From contig NW_003314350.1 in NCBI RefSeq assembly GCF_000143415.4, forward strand, positions 682,001-746,000: a stretch of DNA of 64,000 nt. Reading direction: 5' to 3'. The stretch is from Selaginella moellendorffii. Taxonomy: Eukaryota > Plantae > Lycopodiophyta. Below, piece by piece: positions 33,237 through 44,398 of the stretch. A model generated the notes under the pieces. It made no database searches and was not told the DNA's origin. It worked only from the letters and a program-made list of their open reading frames with translations. Made by a program: the position numbers and the translations under genes. Within the stretch, counting starts at the first letter, position 1. Each line of letters opens with the position of its first letter.

Positions 33237-35126
33237 ATGGCGAAGCGCAAGTGGGACGAGGAGGAGAGCGTTGTCATGAACGTCCACGGCTTCAACAGCG
33301 CCTGGTCCTTCAATCCAGGCACCAAAGTTGACGAAGTGAAGAGCCTGGTATCCATGCAGTTCTCGGTGCCTTTCATGGAGATCTCCATCGTCCAGGACGG
33401 ATTGGTAGCACCAGCGACGATGCAAAGCTGCGAAAGCTTGAAGCCCGGCCTCAAGTACCGCGTGGAGCGAAGCTGCCCTCGCCGCAAATCATTCGCCCTC
33501 GGCACCATAGTCCGGCCCTCCGTCAACTTTCACGTGAATGCACTTCCAGCGATCGCCGAGGTCGCTTCCATGCTCTCCCAAGGCAAGTACTGCGTGCTGT
33601 GTGGCCCGCGCCAGAGCGGCAAGACCACGGCCGCGCAAGCCGTCCGGCAGCGCCTCTCCGCGATCGTGGTTTACTTGGATGGTCTGTTCTTCCGAAAGGA
33701 TTGGAGCGAGAGCAAGTTCTGGGGATATCTTTGGGACTCGTTGCACGCCAAGTGCCCGCAGTTCTTCAGAGCTCGCCGGGTGCAAGACGAGTACACCGAC
33801 TTGAGCTTCCGGATGCTGTTTCTCAAGACGGCGTCGCAGATGGTCCCCGTGACGCTCATTCTGGATCGAGCTGAATCGCTGCTGGGTGCCTCCGCCGAGT
33901 GCCTTGGGAGGTTTTTCAGCACGCTCAGGAACATGAGGAGAAGGATGGGCGACTACAACTTGAAAGGATTGCTGCTGGTTGGGATCGAGACGGTGAAGGA
34001 TCTCCTCGAAAGTCGGCGTTGTAACGATGGTTGCAGCATGATCACGCGCGAGCCATTTCCAGACGAGTATCTTGCAGAATGCCAAGGCTTCACGCGGCAA
34101 GAGGTTAAAAGGTTGCTGATCCAAGCAGCCGGCGAGCTCGTTCCAGCGGCGGCGCAGAGATTCGAGGTGGCGCGCTTGGCTGAAGCGGTGGTGGCGTTCA
34201 CAGGCGGCCACAAAGGCTTAGTCGTGGTGGTACTCGATCGAGTGGTCGCTCACGAGTTTTTCAAGACCCAGGATCTCTGGTCACATCACAGCGACCTCGG
34301 TGCATACGCTTTCAGTCGAGCTGGTTACAAGCGGGCTCTGGAGAGATTCAAGCAGCGAAGCAGTGATCTCCTCCAGTTCCTCCAGACGAGCGGCCTCCAC
34401 TGCGATGCTGGAAAGGTGGCGGAGTTTCGAGAGCTCATCGCCGACGGCGTTCTCGCGGCGAGGGAATCGCCACAACAAGATCATGGCGGCCGGAAGTACA
34501 ACCTTCGCATTTCATCGCCACTGCTCCGGAGTCTCATCTTGCGCCGCTGCGTGATCAAACGACAGGGGACGATCACAGGCCCAGCTCCGGATCCTCGGGT
34601 CCGGCTAGCGAGGGAGTGGCTGATCATCCAAACGATCAAGGCTCTGGACGGGGCGACGATGTGCGGCGATGAGATCTCGCAGTACAGCCGCGAGTTCGCG
34701 TTCTTCGCCAGGATCAAGGCCGTTCTTGCGGAAGCATATCCTCTCGCGAATGCCATCGTCCTCGCTCACACGAAAGTATCAAAGGATGGGCTCGCGCTGC
34801 TCGACGAGGAGGACTGTCTCGAGATTCAAGTCCGCTATGGTTTCGAGAAGTTTGGATTCGTGCTCGCGGTGGAGGGTGACGATGATTTGCAGGCCATGGC
34901 GCAGAGATACCACAAGAAGCATGGCTGCCAGGTATACGTGATCAGCTTCCGGGATCAGCCGTTGTTGATCACGCCGGTGAAGGAGTCCGTGATCTTCGTT
35001 TCGGTGCGGTTTTGCGCGACTAGCGCGGAGATGACTTTCAAGGATTCGCAAGGGACTGAAACGAAGGTGGACAATCTGGCGTTGGAGAAGTGGGGCGGCG
35101 AGTTTTCCTTCGATGATCTAGTATAG
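33237..35126 (+). CDS. Intronless protein: ubiquitin-like N-terminus + P-loop NTPase + degenerate restriction-endonuclease-like C-terminus (Crinkler/CR effector-like architecture)
   Basis: Walker A VLCGPRQSGKTT, Walker B-like VTLILDRAE, LLLVG, FT...V..L and FTGGHKGL helical motif. The Ub-like and nuclease assignments are inferred from pattern. Confidence 0.7.
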   Translation: MAKRKWDEEESVVMNVHGFNSAWSFNPGTKVDEVKSLVSMQFSVPFMEISIVQDGLVAPATMQSCESLKPGLKYRVERSCPRRKSFALGTIVRPSVNFHVNALPAIAEVASMLSQGKYCVLCGPRQSGKTTAAQAVRQRLSAIVVYLDGLFFRKDWSESKFWGYLWDSLHAKCPQFFRARRVQDEYTDLSFRMLFLKTASQMVPVTLILDRAESLLGASAECLGRFFSTLRNMRRRMGDYNLKGLLLVGIETVKDLLESRRCNDGCSMITREPFPDEYLAECQGFTRQEVKRLLIQAAGELVPAAAQRFEVARLAEAVVAFTGGHKGLVVVVLDRVVAHEFFKTQDLWSHHSDLGAYAFSRAGYKRALERFKQRSSDLLQFLQTSGLHCDAGKVAEFRELIADGVLAARESPQQDHGGRKYNLRISSPLLRSLILRRCVIKRQGTITGPAPDPRVRLAREWLIIQTIKALDGATMCGDEISQYSREFAFFARIKAVLAEAYPLANAIVLAHTKVSKDGLALLDEEDCLEIQVRYGFEKFGFVLAVEGDDDLQAMAQRYHKKHGCQVYVISFRDQPLLITPVKESVIFVSVRFCATSAEMTFKDSQGTETKVDNLALEKWGGEFSFDDLV

Positions 35127-35149
35127 AAAAGCTTTGCAATTCATTACGT

Positions 35150-38100
35150 TTAGAGCTTCATCTTACTTTCAAAGCCATTCTCTAGAGATTTAGTACCTCT
35201 CCCACCGCTTTCCACCAGATTTTTTATTGAAAAAATGAGCTCCCTATCTTCTAGCAGAGTTTCCACATGAGTGAGAGTCCCTGGATTTTTTAGAGTGAGT
35301 CAGAAATCTCGGCAAAACAAAACAAGCATTGACTTACTGAATCTCCAGTAATGCTTTGGATTCGTTGGATCGTTGATAGTTTCCTCGTTGGCCGGTCGGC
35401 CTGTATACTCCTCCTTGAGAGCAAGAAGGTCCTGCAGCACAAATCAACTTAGCAAACTTTTAGAAACTTTGCAAACGTACCTGGAGAGGGAAAATGGCCC
35501 ACATTGACGGCGATTTCATGTGTTGTTCGATTATAACTCGCGCAACATCTGGTAAGCACTGAGCAGGAGGGGACTCACTCATTCCCAGATAGTCTTTGTA
35601 GAATCGGATTCGTCTGCCTTCGTCATCCTCCCACCAAGCACGCATAGTCGAGCAGTCATGACACGAAGGTGCACACACCTTGTAAACACCGGCAAATGTC
35701 AGGGATCATGTTGTTGGATGCTGTGATTAGTTACCGTCATGTATTCGTATTCCAGTGGATTGCCAAACTCCTGGCCTGGAGTGCTGGGCATCCGTTGGAT
35801 CCTCAGTCCAAGCAGGCCAAGCTCGTTAAGAACCTGGAAAGGTTTTGTTTTTTAGTCTTACAATCATTGGAAAACAAGTTTGCTTACCGGAGCAACGCAT
35901 GCTGGGACCATTCCAAGGTCCTCTCCACAAGTTAGCATTTCAGAAGAGCTCATTAAAACTGGAAGCGTTTTTAAAGCGTTTTCGCGCCAGAGGCCTTCTT
36001 GCCTGTGATAGAAGTAGTCATAGTACAATCTCTGCAAGACGTTCTTGCTGCATAGAGCAAAACCACCGAGTCATTTCGAAGAAGGGAAGAAAAACACTAC
36101 ACTAAGTACCTGTGCTCGTCAAGCTCCTTGAAATTTGATGTGTTCTCCATTCCAAATCTCGGATAGAACTTTCTACTGTCCTCTGGGTCCCTCATCAAGA
36201 CAACGTCCTAGATATGCAAAAAGAGGCTCTAGAGAAAACCGGTTAATTTCCATGATGCTGCTTACACGTAGAAGGTCGAACAATGCACCCTTGATTTGTT
36301 CCTGCTTTTTCGAATCTTCAAGTTGACTAACAGCTCCAAGAATTTTCCTTTCTGTATCGTGCTCTTTCTTGAACTGCAAACACGCCGGTTAGAATTGAAG
36401 AGAAATGCGGTGAAAGGAGAAACGACACCTTGTAGCACAAATGTTCGTACTCATCAAAATACTTGGACGCAATCTCAGACCACGCGTCTCCAAATTTTGC
36501 CTGGTAATGGGAGTTAGAGCGAGTGAAACAATTTGATCAAGCTCACTTGCAAAGTATGACATCGAACGTATGGTTCGCTAAGACGATTGAAATCCCAAAT
36601 TCCTTGTGCTTCCAGCTCTTCCTGCAAAAATCAAGTTGTACATAAGCATTTCACTAAGTTGCCAAACTCTGTGTACCTGCGTCAATGGAAGCGACGGTCG
36701 AAACTTGCCCATAAGACCTGTAACAGCGTGCGCAGGCAGCTCCCAGATGCGAAAAAATCCTAGAATGTGATCAATCCTGTAAGCCGTGAAGTACTTGGAC
36801 ATCTGCAAGAAAAATGAGTTGTGTGGAGAATCTCAAATGTGTCCGTTCAAACCTGAGTTAAACGAGCTCTCCACCATGCAAAGTTATCTTTGGACATTTC
36901 TTCCCAGTTGTAAGTAGGAAATCCCCAGTTTTGCCCGTTCTTATCGAAATAGTCTGGAGGAGCACCCGTCGATGTATTCATTCGAAACAATGTGGGAAAC
37001 ACCCATGTATCCACACTGTTTCTATCGACACCAATGGGAAGATCTCCTTTCAAAACAACGCCATTGTTTCGAGCGTACTCAGACGCTTCAGTGAGCTGGG
37101 AAAAAAAAAAAAAACATTAATTGGTAAAAAGCAAAAAGTGGCATATTTAATTAACAACCTGAGAATGAAGATGATACTGAAGAAAGTATGTGAAAGAGAT
37201 CAAGTTGTAATGGTCAGAAGAAGGAGACACAAGCTTTTCTAGCTGTAGCAAAAGGCACAATTTTAATGATGTTTGTTTACCTTATAAGAGTAGTTTACCT
37301 TTTCAGGCGAAAATGTTGAAAAGCGGCCCCATTGAGAATGATCAGCGGTGTCGAAAAGGTCACGCAAAAAGCAAAAAGCAGCAAATGGTTCTAACCAGTG
37401 CTGCAAAATCAGAAGCTTTAGACAAAGGATTTCCACAGTTGCTTTCCACTTCACCTTATTTTCGTCAAAGTAAGTCTTAAACTTTGAGGAATTAAATGCG
37501 GCTTCTTTTTCTATGTGAAAAATCTTTTTAGCTATAGACAGCTTTGTCTTCATGGTTCCTTCATAGTCAACATCCTGCATTTGGAGACAGTCAATAACTG
37601 AGTAAACTAAAGTCAGGCTAACCTTTAGATCGAGCTTCTTTCTTGCTTGGGAAATCTCGTCCTGTAATGCGTCATCAGTTTGTTATCACCCTCAAATAAA
37701 TCAACCTGGAGTTCTTGAGGCAATCTTTCAGTCATGGCTTCCAAGCTCAAATAAAGCGGGTGTAGAGCGAATACTGAAAGTGAGCTGTGCAACGAAGGAT
37801 CACTCAAATCTCAGGTGTGACATATTTACCTGTATGGATACGAGTCCCACCACATCCCGTGCACGGAAGTATCATTAACTGGTAGCAACTGTAGAAGCCT
37901 CAATCCAGACTTCACTGCTAAATCCACAAGCAGTTTCAGGTCCAAAAACTCGCCCGCTCCAACGTCCGCATGCGTCCTTATTGAAAACACAGGGATGGCA
38001 AGGCCAGCACCTCTCCACAGATCACCCTGGAAAAAGTATGTGACTTCATTCTCAAAGATTACCAAGCCAACCTTGAAATGTCCATCCGATACTATAATCA

Positions 38101-39190
38101 GGGAAGATGGTTTTCTCCATGTAGAATCAAGTGACAACTTGCGGCCATCGCCAAGCTCGCACGTCACTTCTCCACGGAGATCTTTCAGAAAGTAGATGTA
38201 CGTGCTTATGTCAAGGTCAACAATAGAAAATCAAGGAAAAAGAATGATGAAAAATGTAGGATATTTCACGGGAAAGTCTTGTTTATCGATTGCACAGCAG
38301 CCATGCCAGCTTGAATCGCCCGTTCTCGTAAGCTTAAGTGCTGATTCATAGTCCCAGCTTCCAAGAGAACTCGAACTTCCAGTAACGTAAACCTGCATTA
38401 ACGTTGCAGTTGTAAGAAAACCAAAAGACGTATAGAGTGGTGAATTTTCTTACAACTTGCCCATTCTCTAAGATGGAACAACTGAGCTCAAAGCAGACAC
38501 CAATTTTTCCTGCCCAAACAACAGCCATTCTTTGAGAAACAAACAAATAAGCGAGAAAATAAAGATGGAAACTATGATCCAAAAGCTTTACAAAACGTAC
38601 CACGATCTTTGAGGAGCTCGGCGCCATAGCTGCCGGTAAAGGGAGTACCAGTCTCCTCACAAGTGCTACTAGACTTGGAGTTTCTAAAAATCGCGTCACG
38701 GAAAGCACTGCGTGACAGCAAACTCTCTGGAGAACAGCCTTCCTGTAGATAAAAATTCGCTACAACAAAGAAATTTGATCAAGAAAAGTACCTGCCAGAG
38801 ATCATATAGATCAACAATGCTGCCACTGGGAATTCCATCCGGAAGAACAAAGCTCCGGGGATTTCCAGCCTCCCTCCTGACCGCATTGCGCTTATCATCC
38901 ACAACGCAATACGAGTAGCTCGCCTGGAATCCCTCGCGCACGGGCAGCTGCGCGGTCCAGACCAGCTCGCCGAGCTCCTCGTCGTGGTGTGGAACCATCG
39001 CCAGTCCATGGTGGAGATTCCAGCTGCCGAGAGAGGAATGCGAACCTGTGACGATGAGATTCTGGCCCCATTGCGTGAAATATGGAATCCGGAAGCGCAG
39101 ATTGACGCGCCGCGGCTCCGCTGCCCTGGCGCCGATCATCGCCCTCTCTCGATCGATCGCGCGCGAGGAATCCATCCCTGGCGCATCCAT
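35150..39190 (-). CDS. DPE2: 4-alpha-glucanotransferase DPE2 (two CBM20 + GH77), multi-exon
   Basis: FRIPYFTQWGQNL, WRGAGLAIPVFSIR, LQLLPVNDTSVHGMWWDSYPY, LKGDLPIGVDRNSVDTW, YRIDHILGFFRIWE, ACGEDLG, PSCHDCSTMRAWWEED. Confidence 0.95.
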
Positions 39191-39336
39191 CGCGTCGCGC
39201 GGTGAATGGAGGACATTTCCCCATGAAAAGAACAAAGGAGCCTGGGATCGAACACGAGACTCATGACACTAATGACACGTAGCACACTGGCATATACACG
39301 TTAGCATAGTGGTATATCCTTCGAATATTAGGGTTC

Positions 39337-41910
39337 ATGCGTGGAGGATTGCGCGCTTCTATCAGGTTTTCTTCTCCCAGAGCTATCGCCAGGGGCTGTG
39401 CAAGCCTTGGAGCTCTCGATCGACCCCAGGGGCTTGAAAATCCACCCATGGCGCGCAAATGCGGGGCGGATTCCGGCCGTGCCAGGCAAATCTACGCGCA
39501 GGTGATCCAGAACAGGGCTGAGATTGACGATTTCATTGCCGAGGAGCTCGTCCAGATGTTCATACGTTGTGGATCTCTCTCAGACGCCGTGAAATCGCTG
39601 GATGAGCTGCGAATCCAGAGCGTGGTCGCGTGGACTGCGACGATCTCGGCATTTGCCCGGCTGGGGCATCGCGGCGAGGCATTTTTTCTCTTCCACAGGA
39701 TGCTGCTGGAGGGTGTTTTGCCAAACAAGGTGAGTTTCATATCCATTGCCAGCGCCTGTTCTAGTGAAGACGAGGCTGATTTCCTCTGTGACAGGATAGT
39801 CGAGCGAGATCTTCAAAGGGATCGTCTTGTCGGCACAGCTCTGGTAAATCTCTATGGCAAGTTCCAGAGGCTGGACGAGGCGTGGACGATTTTTTGCGCG
39901 CTAGAAGGAAGAGATCTTGTGTCGTGGAACTCCATGCTATCGGCGTTTAGCGAGCACCAGCAGTGGAGAAGGAGCCTTGAGCTTTTCAAAGCGATGCTGC
40001 TTCAAGGTTTGTCTCTGGACAGTATAACATTCCTCGCAGCGCTCAAAGCTTGTGCCAACTTACGGGATTTGTCACAGGCAAAGCTTGTCCATGGACAAAT
40101 CTGTGAGAGCGGACTAGAAGGAGCGGACATGGTCGGGAACACGATCGTTGATACGTATGGAAAGTGTGGCAGTATCGACGATGCTCTAGCGGCTTTCGAG
40201 CGAATTCCAGCCAAAGACATCGTTTCCTGGAACGTCATGCTAGCATCTCTCAGCCAGAATGGAAGCTCTGCCGAGGCAGTAAAACTTTTCAAGCAAATGC
40301 TTCACGAGGGAGAGAGAGCCGAGAAAGTTACAGTCGCGACGCTGCTCCACTCTTTCGCGAGCCGGGAGTTTTTGCAAGAAGGTGAGCTTCTTCATGATCA
40401 TATTGTCGAGCTCGGCCTGGATATTGACATTGTCATGGCAACCGCGCTGTTGATCATGTATGCCAGGTGCGGAAGCATGGATCGAGCGAGTAAAATGTTC
40501 GACACCATCCAGAACAGGGACGTGGTTCTCTGGAACACTTTCATTTCATCGCTCGCTCAAGCTGACCGCGTGAAGGATTCCTTCCAGGTGTTCCGAAGAA
40601 TGCAGCTGGAAGGTGTTCGTCCAAACAAAGTCACATTCGCGAGCGTCATCGACGTGTGCACAAGCTTAAGTTCGCTGGCGGATGGAATGCTCGTTGCCGC
40701 GCTGGTTTTGGAGAGCGGACTTGGCTCCGACACCGTTCTCGGCAACGCGATCATCGACCTGTATGGGAAGTGTGGAAGCCTCGAAAACGCGTGGGAGGCA
40801 TTCGACAGGATGGAGAACAAGGACGTGGTTTCCTGGACGACGATTCTCGGTGCTTACTCCCAGCACGGGCTTTTCAGCGAGGTGGTCGGGCTTTTCAACA
40901 AGATGCTGCTGGAAGGCATAACTCCGAGCACGGTTACGTTCGTCACGGTTCTTTACGCCTGTGCGGAATGCAAGGCTCTAGAGGTCGGGAAGAAGATCCA
41001 TGCTCGTGTCATGGAGGCCGGACTGGAATTCGACGAGCTTCTCTCCAGTGCCATTCGGTCGCTGTACGCGGAGTGTGGCTACCTGGAGGAAGTTTGCAGA
41101 GTTTTCCACGGTAGGAAGCAGGAGCAAGAGGTAGCGGCTTGGAACGGGATGGTGGTAGCCTTGAGTAGACGGGAACTCTTCGACGAGGCAGTGGGACTCT
41201 ATCGACAGATGCAGCTGGAAGGAGTTCCCGGGGATAAATTCACACTGGTGTCAGTGCTGGAAGCTTGCTCGGAGCTCCCGCTCGTCAAGTCGATCGAGGC
41301 CAGAGCTCTAAGTTTGAGGTTGGAGCAGGACGACACGATCAACACGGCACTTCTCAAAGCGTACAGCCGGTGTGGAAGCATGCGAGACGCGAGGAGAGCT
41401 TTCGAGAGAACTCCAAAGAAGGACGTGGTTGCATGGTCGGCTATGGTGGGAGCTCACGCTCACCATGGTTGTGGAGAAGCGGCACTGGAGCTCTTCCAGC
41501 TCATGCAACTCGACGGCGTCATGCCCAACGACGTCTCCTTCGTGAGCGTCTTCTCGGCGTGCAGCCACTGCGGGAGTGTGGAGAGAGCTTACGAGTACTT
41601 TGTGGGACTGGAGCAAGACTATGGAGTGAAGGTCACGGTCGAGCACTGGAAGTGTATGATGGATCTGCTGGGACGGGCTGGGCGGCTCGGCGAGGCCGAG
41701 AAGTTCTTGAGCAAGATGGAGTTTGAGCCGGACGTGGTGTTGTGGACGACGCTCTTGGCCGCGTGCAGTGTCCACGGGGACTTTGAGCTGGGGAAGCATG
41801 CGGCAAAGCGGATTCTAGAGCTCGACGAGGAAGACGACGCGGCTCACGTAGTTCTTACGAGCCTCCAGCATTCTTCGCAGAGTGATATCTTGGAGAGTGG
41901 CCGGGGATAG
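39337..41910 (+). CDS. PLS-E class PPR protein
   Basis: Repeated P-L-S triplets (VGNTIVDTYGKCGS, DVVSWTTILGAY) and E domain HWKCMMDLLGRAGRL. Confidence 0.93.
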   Translation: MRGGLRASIRFSSPRAIARGCASLGALDRPQGLENPPMARKCGADSGRARQIYAQVIQNRAEIDDFIAEELVQMFIRCGSLSDAVKSLDELRIQSVVAWTATISAFARLGHRGEAFFLFHRMLLEGVLPNKVSFISIASACSSEDEADFLCDRIVERDLQRDRLVGTALVNLYGKFQRLDEAWTIFCALEGRDLVSWNSMLSAFSEHQQWRRSLELFKAMLLQGLSLDSITFLAALKACANLRDLSQAKLVHGQICESGLEGADMVGNTIVDTYGKCGSIDDALAAFERIPAKDIVSWNVMLASLSQNGSSAEAVKLFKQMLHEGERAEKVTVATLLHSFASREFLQEGELLHDHIVELGLDIDIVMATALLIMYARCGSMDRASKMFDTIQNRDVVLWNTFISSLAQADRVKDSFQVFRRMQLEGVRPNKVTFASVIDVCTSLSSLADGMLVAALVLESGLGSDTVLGNAIIDLYGKCGSLENAWEAFDRMENKDVVSWTTILGAYSQHGLFSEVVGLFNKMLLEGITPSTVTFVTVLYACAECKALEVGKKIHARVMEAGLEFDELLSSAIRSLYAECGYLEEVCRVFHGRKQEQEVAAWNGMVVALSRRELFDEAVGLYRQMQLEGVPGDKFTLVSVLEACSELPLVKSIEARALSLRLEQDDTINTALLKAYSRCGSMRDARRAFERTPKKDVVAWSAMVGAHAHHGCGEAALELFQLMQLDGVMPNDVSFVSVFSACSHCGSVERAYEYFVGLEQDYGVKVTVEHWKCMMDLLGRAGRLGEAEKFLSKMEFEPDVVLWTTLLAACSVHGDFELGKHAAKRILELDEEDDAAHVVLTSLQHSSQSDILESGRG

Positions 41911-42159
41911 AACACTTTGGAGCAGAGGTCGTGACACGAAACTTTGCAGCACAGCCTACCAATCCAGGTTGCTTTGCAGCCAGTGCCAACGAAGAAGAGG
42001 TTTGGGAACACGATCATTCATAAAAGAGAGAGTGCTGCTCGGGACCTTTGGGCTCTTCTTCACGATCATATTGTCGACGTACTTCTTTCACGAGGATTGT
42101 TGGATCTTACGAGAATCTCTAGATTATATTGGGATGTTTCTCAAAACTTATCACGTCTT

Positions 42160-42231
42160 GTGGCTGTAGTTTAGTGGTGAGAATTCCACGTTGTGGCCGT
42201 GGAGACCTGGGCTCGAATCCCAGCAGCCACA
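42160..42231 (+). tRNA. tRNA-His(GTG)
   Basis: GTGGCTG/CAGCCAC acceptor stem, CCACG-TTGTGGC-CGTGG anticodon arm, GGCTCGAATCC; downstream T-runs. Confidence 0.95.
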
Positions 42232-42310
42232 CATATTAAACCCTTTTCAGTAACATTTTGTTTTTTGGTTTAGTTTTTTCAAAACTTTTCCTTTAGGGCT
42301 CTTGCGAAGA

Positions 42311-43310
42311 ATGCTGCTCGGGAGTGCGGCAAATGGAAATGGAATCGTCGTCTTCAAACAATTCAGGTCTCGTCAGCTGCTGAGCGGCAGGATTTCCAGC
42401 TGCAAAATTCCTAGCTCGCATTTCTCGCTGTCTAGGAGTCACTTAATTCGATGCGAGGCCGCCTCCAACGCAGGTGCTCCACCTTCATATCTTTGATCAT
42501 CAAAATCTCTCTTGTTCTTATTTTCCGATTTTGCTCCATAGCAGTGTCGAGCGTTCCTGGTATCGAGTGGGTCCAAAGAACTTTCGATCTCCCACCATAT
42601 AAAAGGTATGTAAAAAGAAAAATGCGAGGATTCTGATCTTTGCAATCCAGAGGATGTCACATAATCACCCAGCAAATCTACAAGGCCGTGCCGGAGATTA
42701 GAAACTTTCGAGTCGGCATTGCTCACATCTTTGGTAAGAACTCCAAGAGAATTGAATCGACGATGTTTTCTTGCAACTTTTTTGCTCTTGATCGATCTTG
42801 TGCGTGATTTGCAGTGATGCACACCTCGGCGAGTCTCACCATCAACGAGAACGCGAGCCCCGACGTACCACTCGACATGGAGGACGCCTTAAACAAGATC
42901 GCTCCAGAGGTAAGGAAAAATTCTCTCCAGAGTTTCCAATCGTTTTTGCTCTCCTTGAAATCGTTCTTGAAGGGTCACCACTACCGTCATCTCGATGAAG
43001 GACTGGATGATATGCCGGGTGAGTAAACTTGGATGGTCATCTCCCTTGCAAACTTCGCGCTACGTTTTTTTCTTCTTCCTGTGAAGCTCATGTCAAATCT
43101 TCGATCATGGGTTGTTCGTTGAGTGTGCCGATCACCGCTGGGAGATTAAATCTTGGAATCTGGCAGGTTGAAAGAGCTAGAGATAGTTTTTTGTCCTCTC
43201 CTTGAGTATATCGTGTTGGCTTTTTGTTTTCGCAGGGAGTCTGGCTCAACGAGCATAGAGACTATGGAGGCAGTCGAAGGCTCTGCATCACAATCCATGG
43301 ACAATGCTGA
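42311..43310 (+). CDS. YjbQ/UPF0047 family protein with a probable plastid transit peptide, multi-exon
   Basis: WVQRTFDLP, GCHIIT, MHTSASLTINENASPDV, YRHLDEGLDDMP.HVKSS, LGIWQGVWLNEHR. Confidence 0.9.
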
Positions 43311-43483
43311 GTATAAATACTACGAAGTGAAAAGCTCATACGCAAAAGAAAACCATACCTGGAAGTTGTATACAAACAACCCGAGTCCGAAGGAAGATTT
43401 GGTTCTGCCACCATCTTTCTCTGTGAGATCAAACTCGAAAGTTCTCCGTAAATTCTGATCAAACAACAAGATCACAGACTTTC

Positions 43484-44166
43484 CTAGTGTTTCTTATGTG
43501 GTTTCTGAATGCCACGCTTGTACCGGGTAATGGACAGCCAGTTCTGGATCTGTAACAAGAAAGTTCCACACAGGCTTTGCTAGAACGATGCCACTAAAGA
43601 AATTTGGAAGTACCTGCTTGACCGTGAGGCCCGTCTGGGCTATGAGCTCCTCTCTCTCGAGAAGAGATGGATATGGATGATCGGAGTGTTGAGTGATCCA
43701 GGACTCGAGAATTTGGACTGATTGACGCGGCAGAGAGTACATGTTCTTGGGCCTCGAAAGTGGAAGAAGCTTAAACCTGCATGGATCGTCGATTTCTCAA
43801 AGAAAAGAATCCAGATTACGCAAAGAAGGTGTTCGCTTACTTGATGAGCTTCCTCGGCTTCGATCGCCTCGATCTCGCCTTTCGGACGGCCGTGTGCTGC
43901 CCCGCCATCGCCAGATAGAAGACTGGATGCTTCTCTTCCGGCTCGAATTCGCAGCTGATAGCCGAGCTGTCGGAACAGGCTGCTGGATCGCAATCGGCCT
44001 GGCGCTGCTGCTCCTTGCGCCAAAGTATATCGTCGGCTGGCGTCCAGTCGCAATCCGGATCAAGAATATCGCCGGCGCCTTCGTCCAGCTCTGGGAGATC
44101 GCAAATGTCGCTCAAGACCTGGCTTCCAAACTCCGGAAGCGATTCTTTCCCCGCATTCGCCTCCAT
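43484..44166 (-). CDS. Short atypical TALE-class homeodomain protein (3 exons)
   Basis: LPRQSVQILESWITQHSDHPYPSLLEREELIAQTGLTVKQ|IQNWLSITRYKR, joined across GT-AG introns. Confidence 0.75.
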
Positions 44167-44398
44167 CGCCCCTGCCAGAGAGCAAATCGAAGTGAGATTG
44201 GAGTGAAATATCACATCTGGAGCAGTAGAATCGCAAGATCGATAGAGAAGAGAGCGGCATAGTACCCGAGGCGAGAGAGCTCGCGAGGAGAGAACTGGAA
44301 GAACCCTACGTAAAGCCTTTGGCCAGAGAAAATTTGAAATGGACGGCGTAGATTCGCTTATTTGCGACGAACGGCTGGGGTGGCCTAGATCCGACGGC

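Noticed and set aside
33489-34211. 240-aa minus-strand ORF
   Set aside because: Antisense shadow of the GC-rich NTPase gene.
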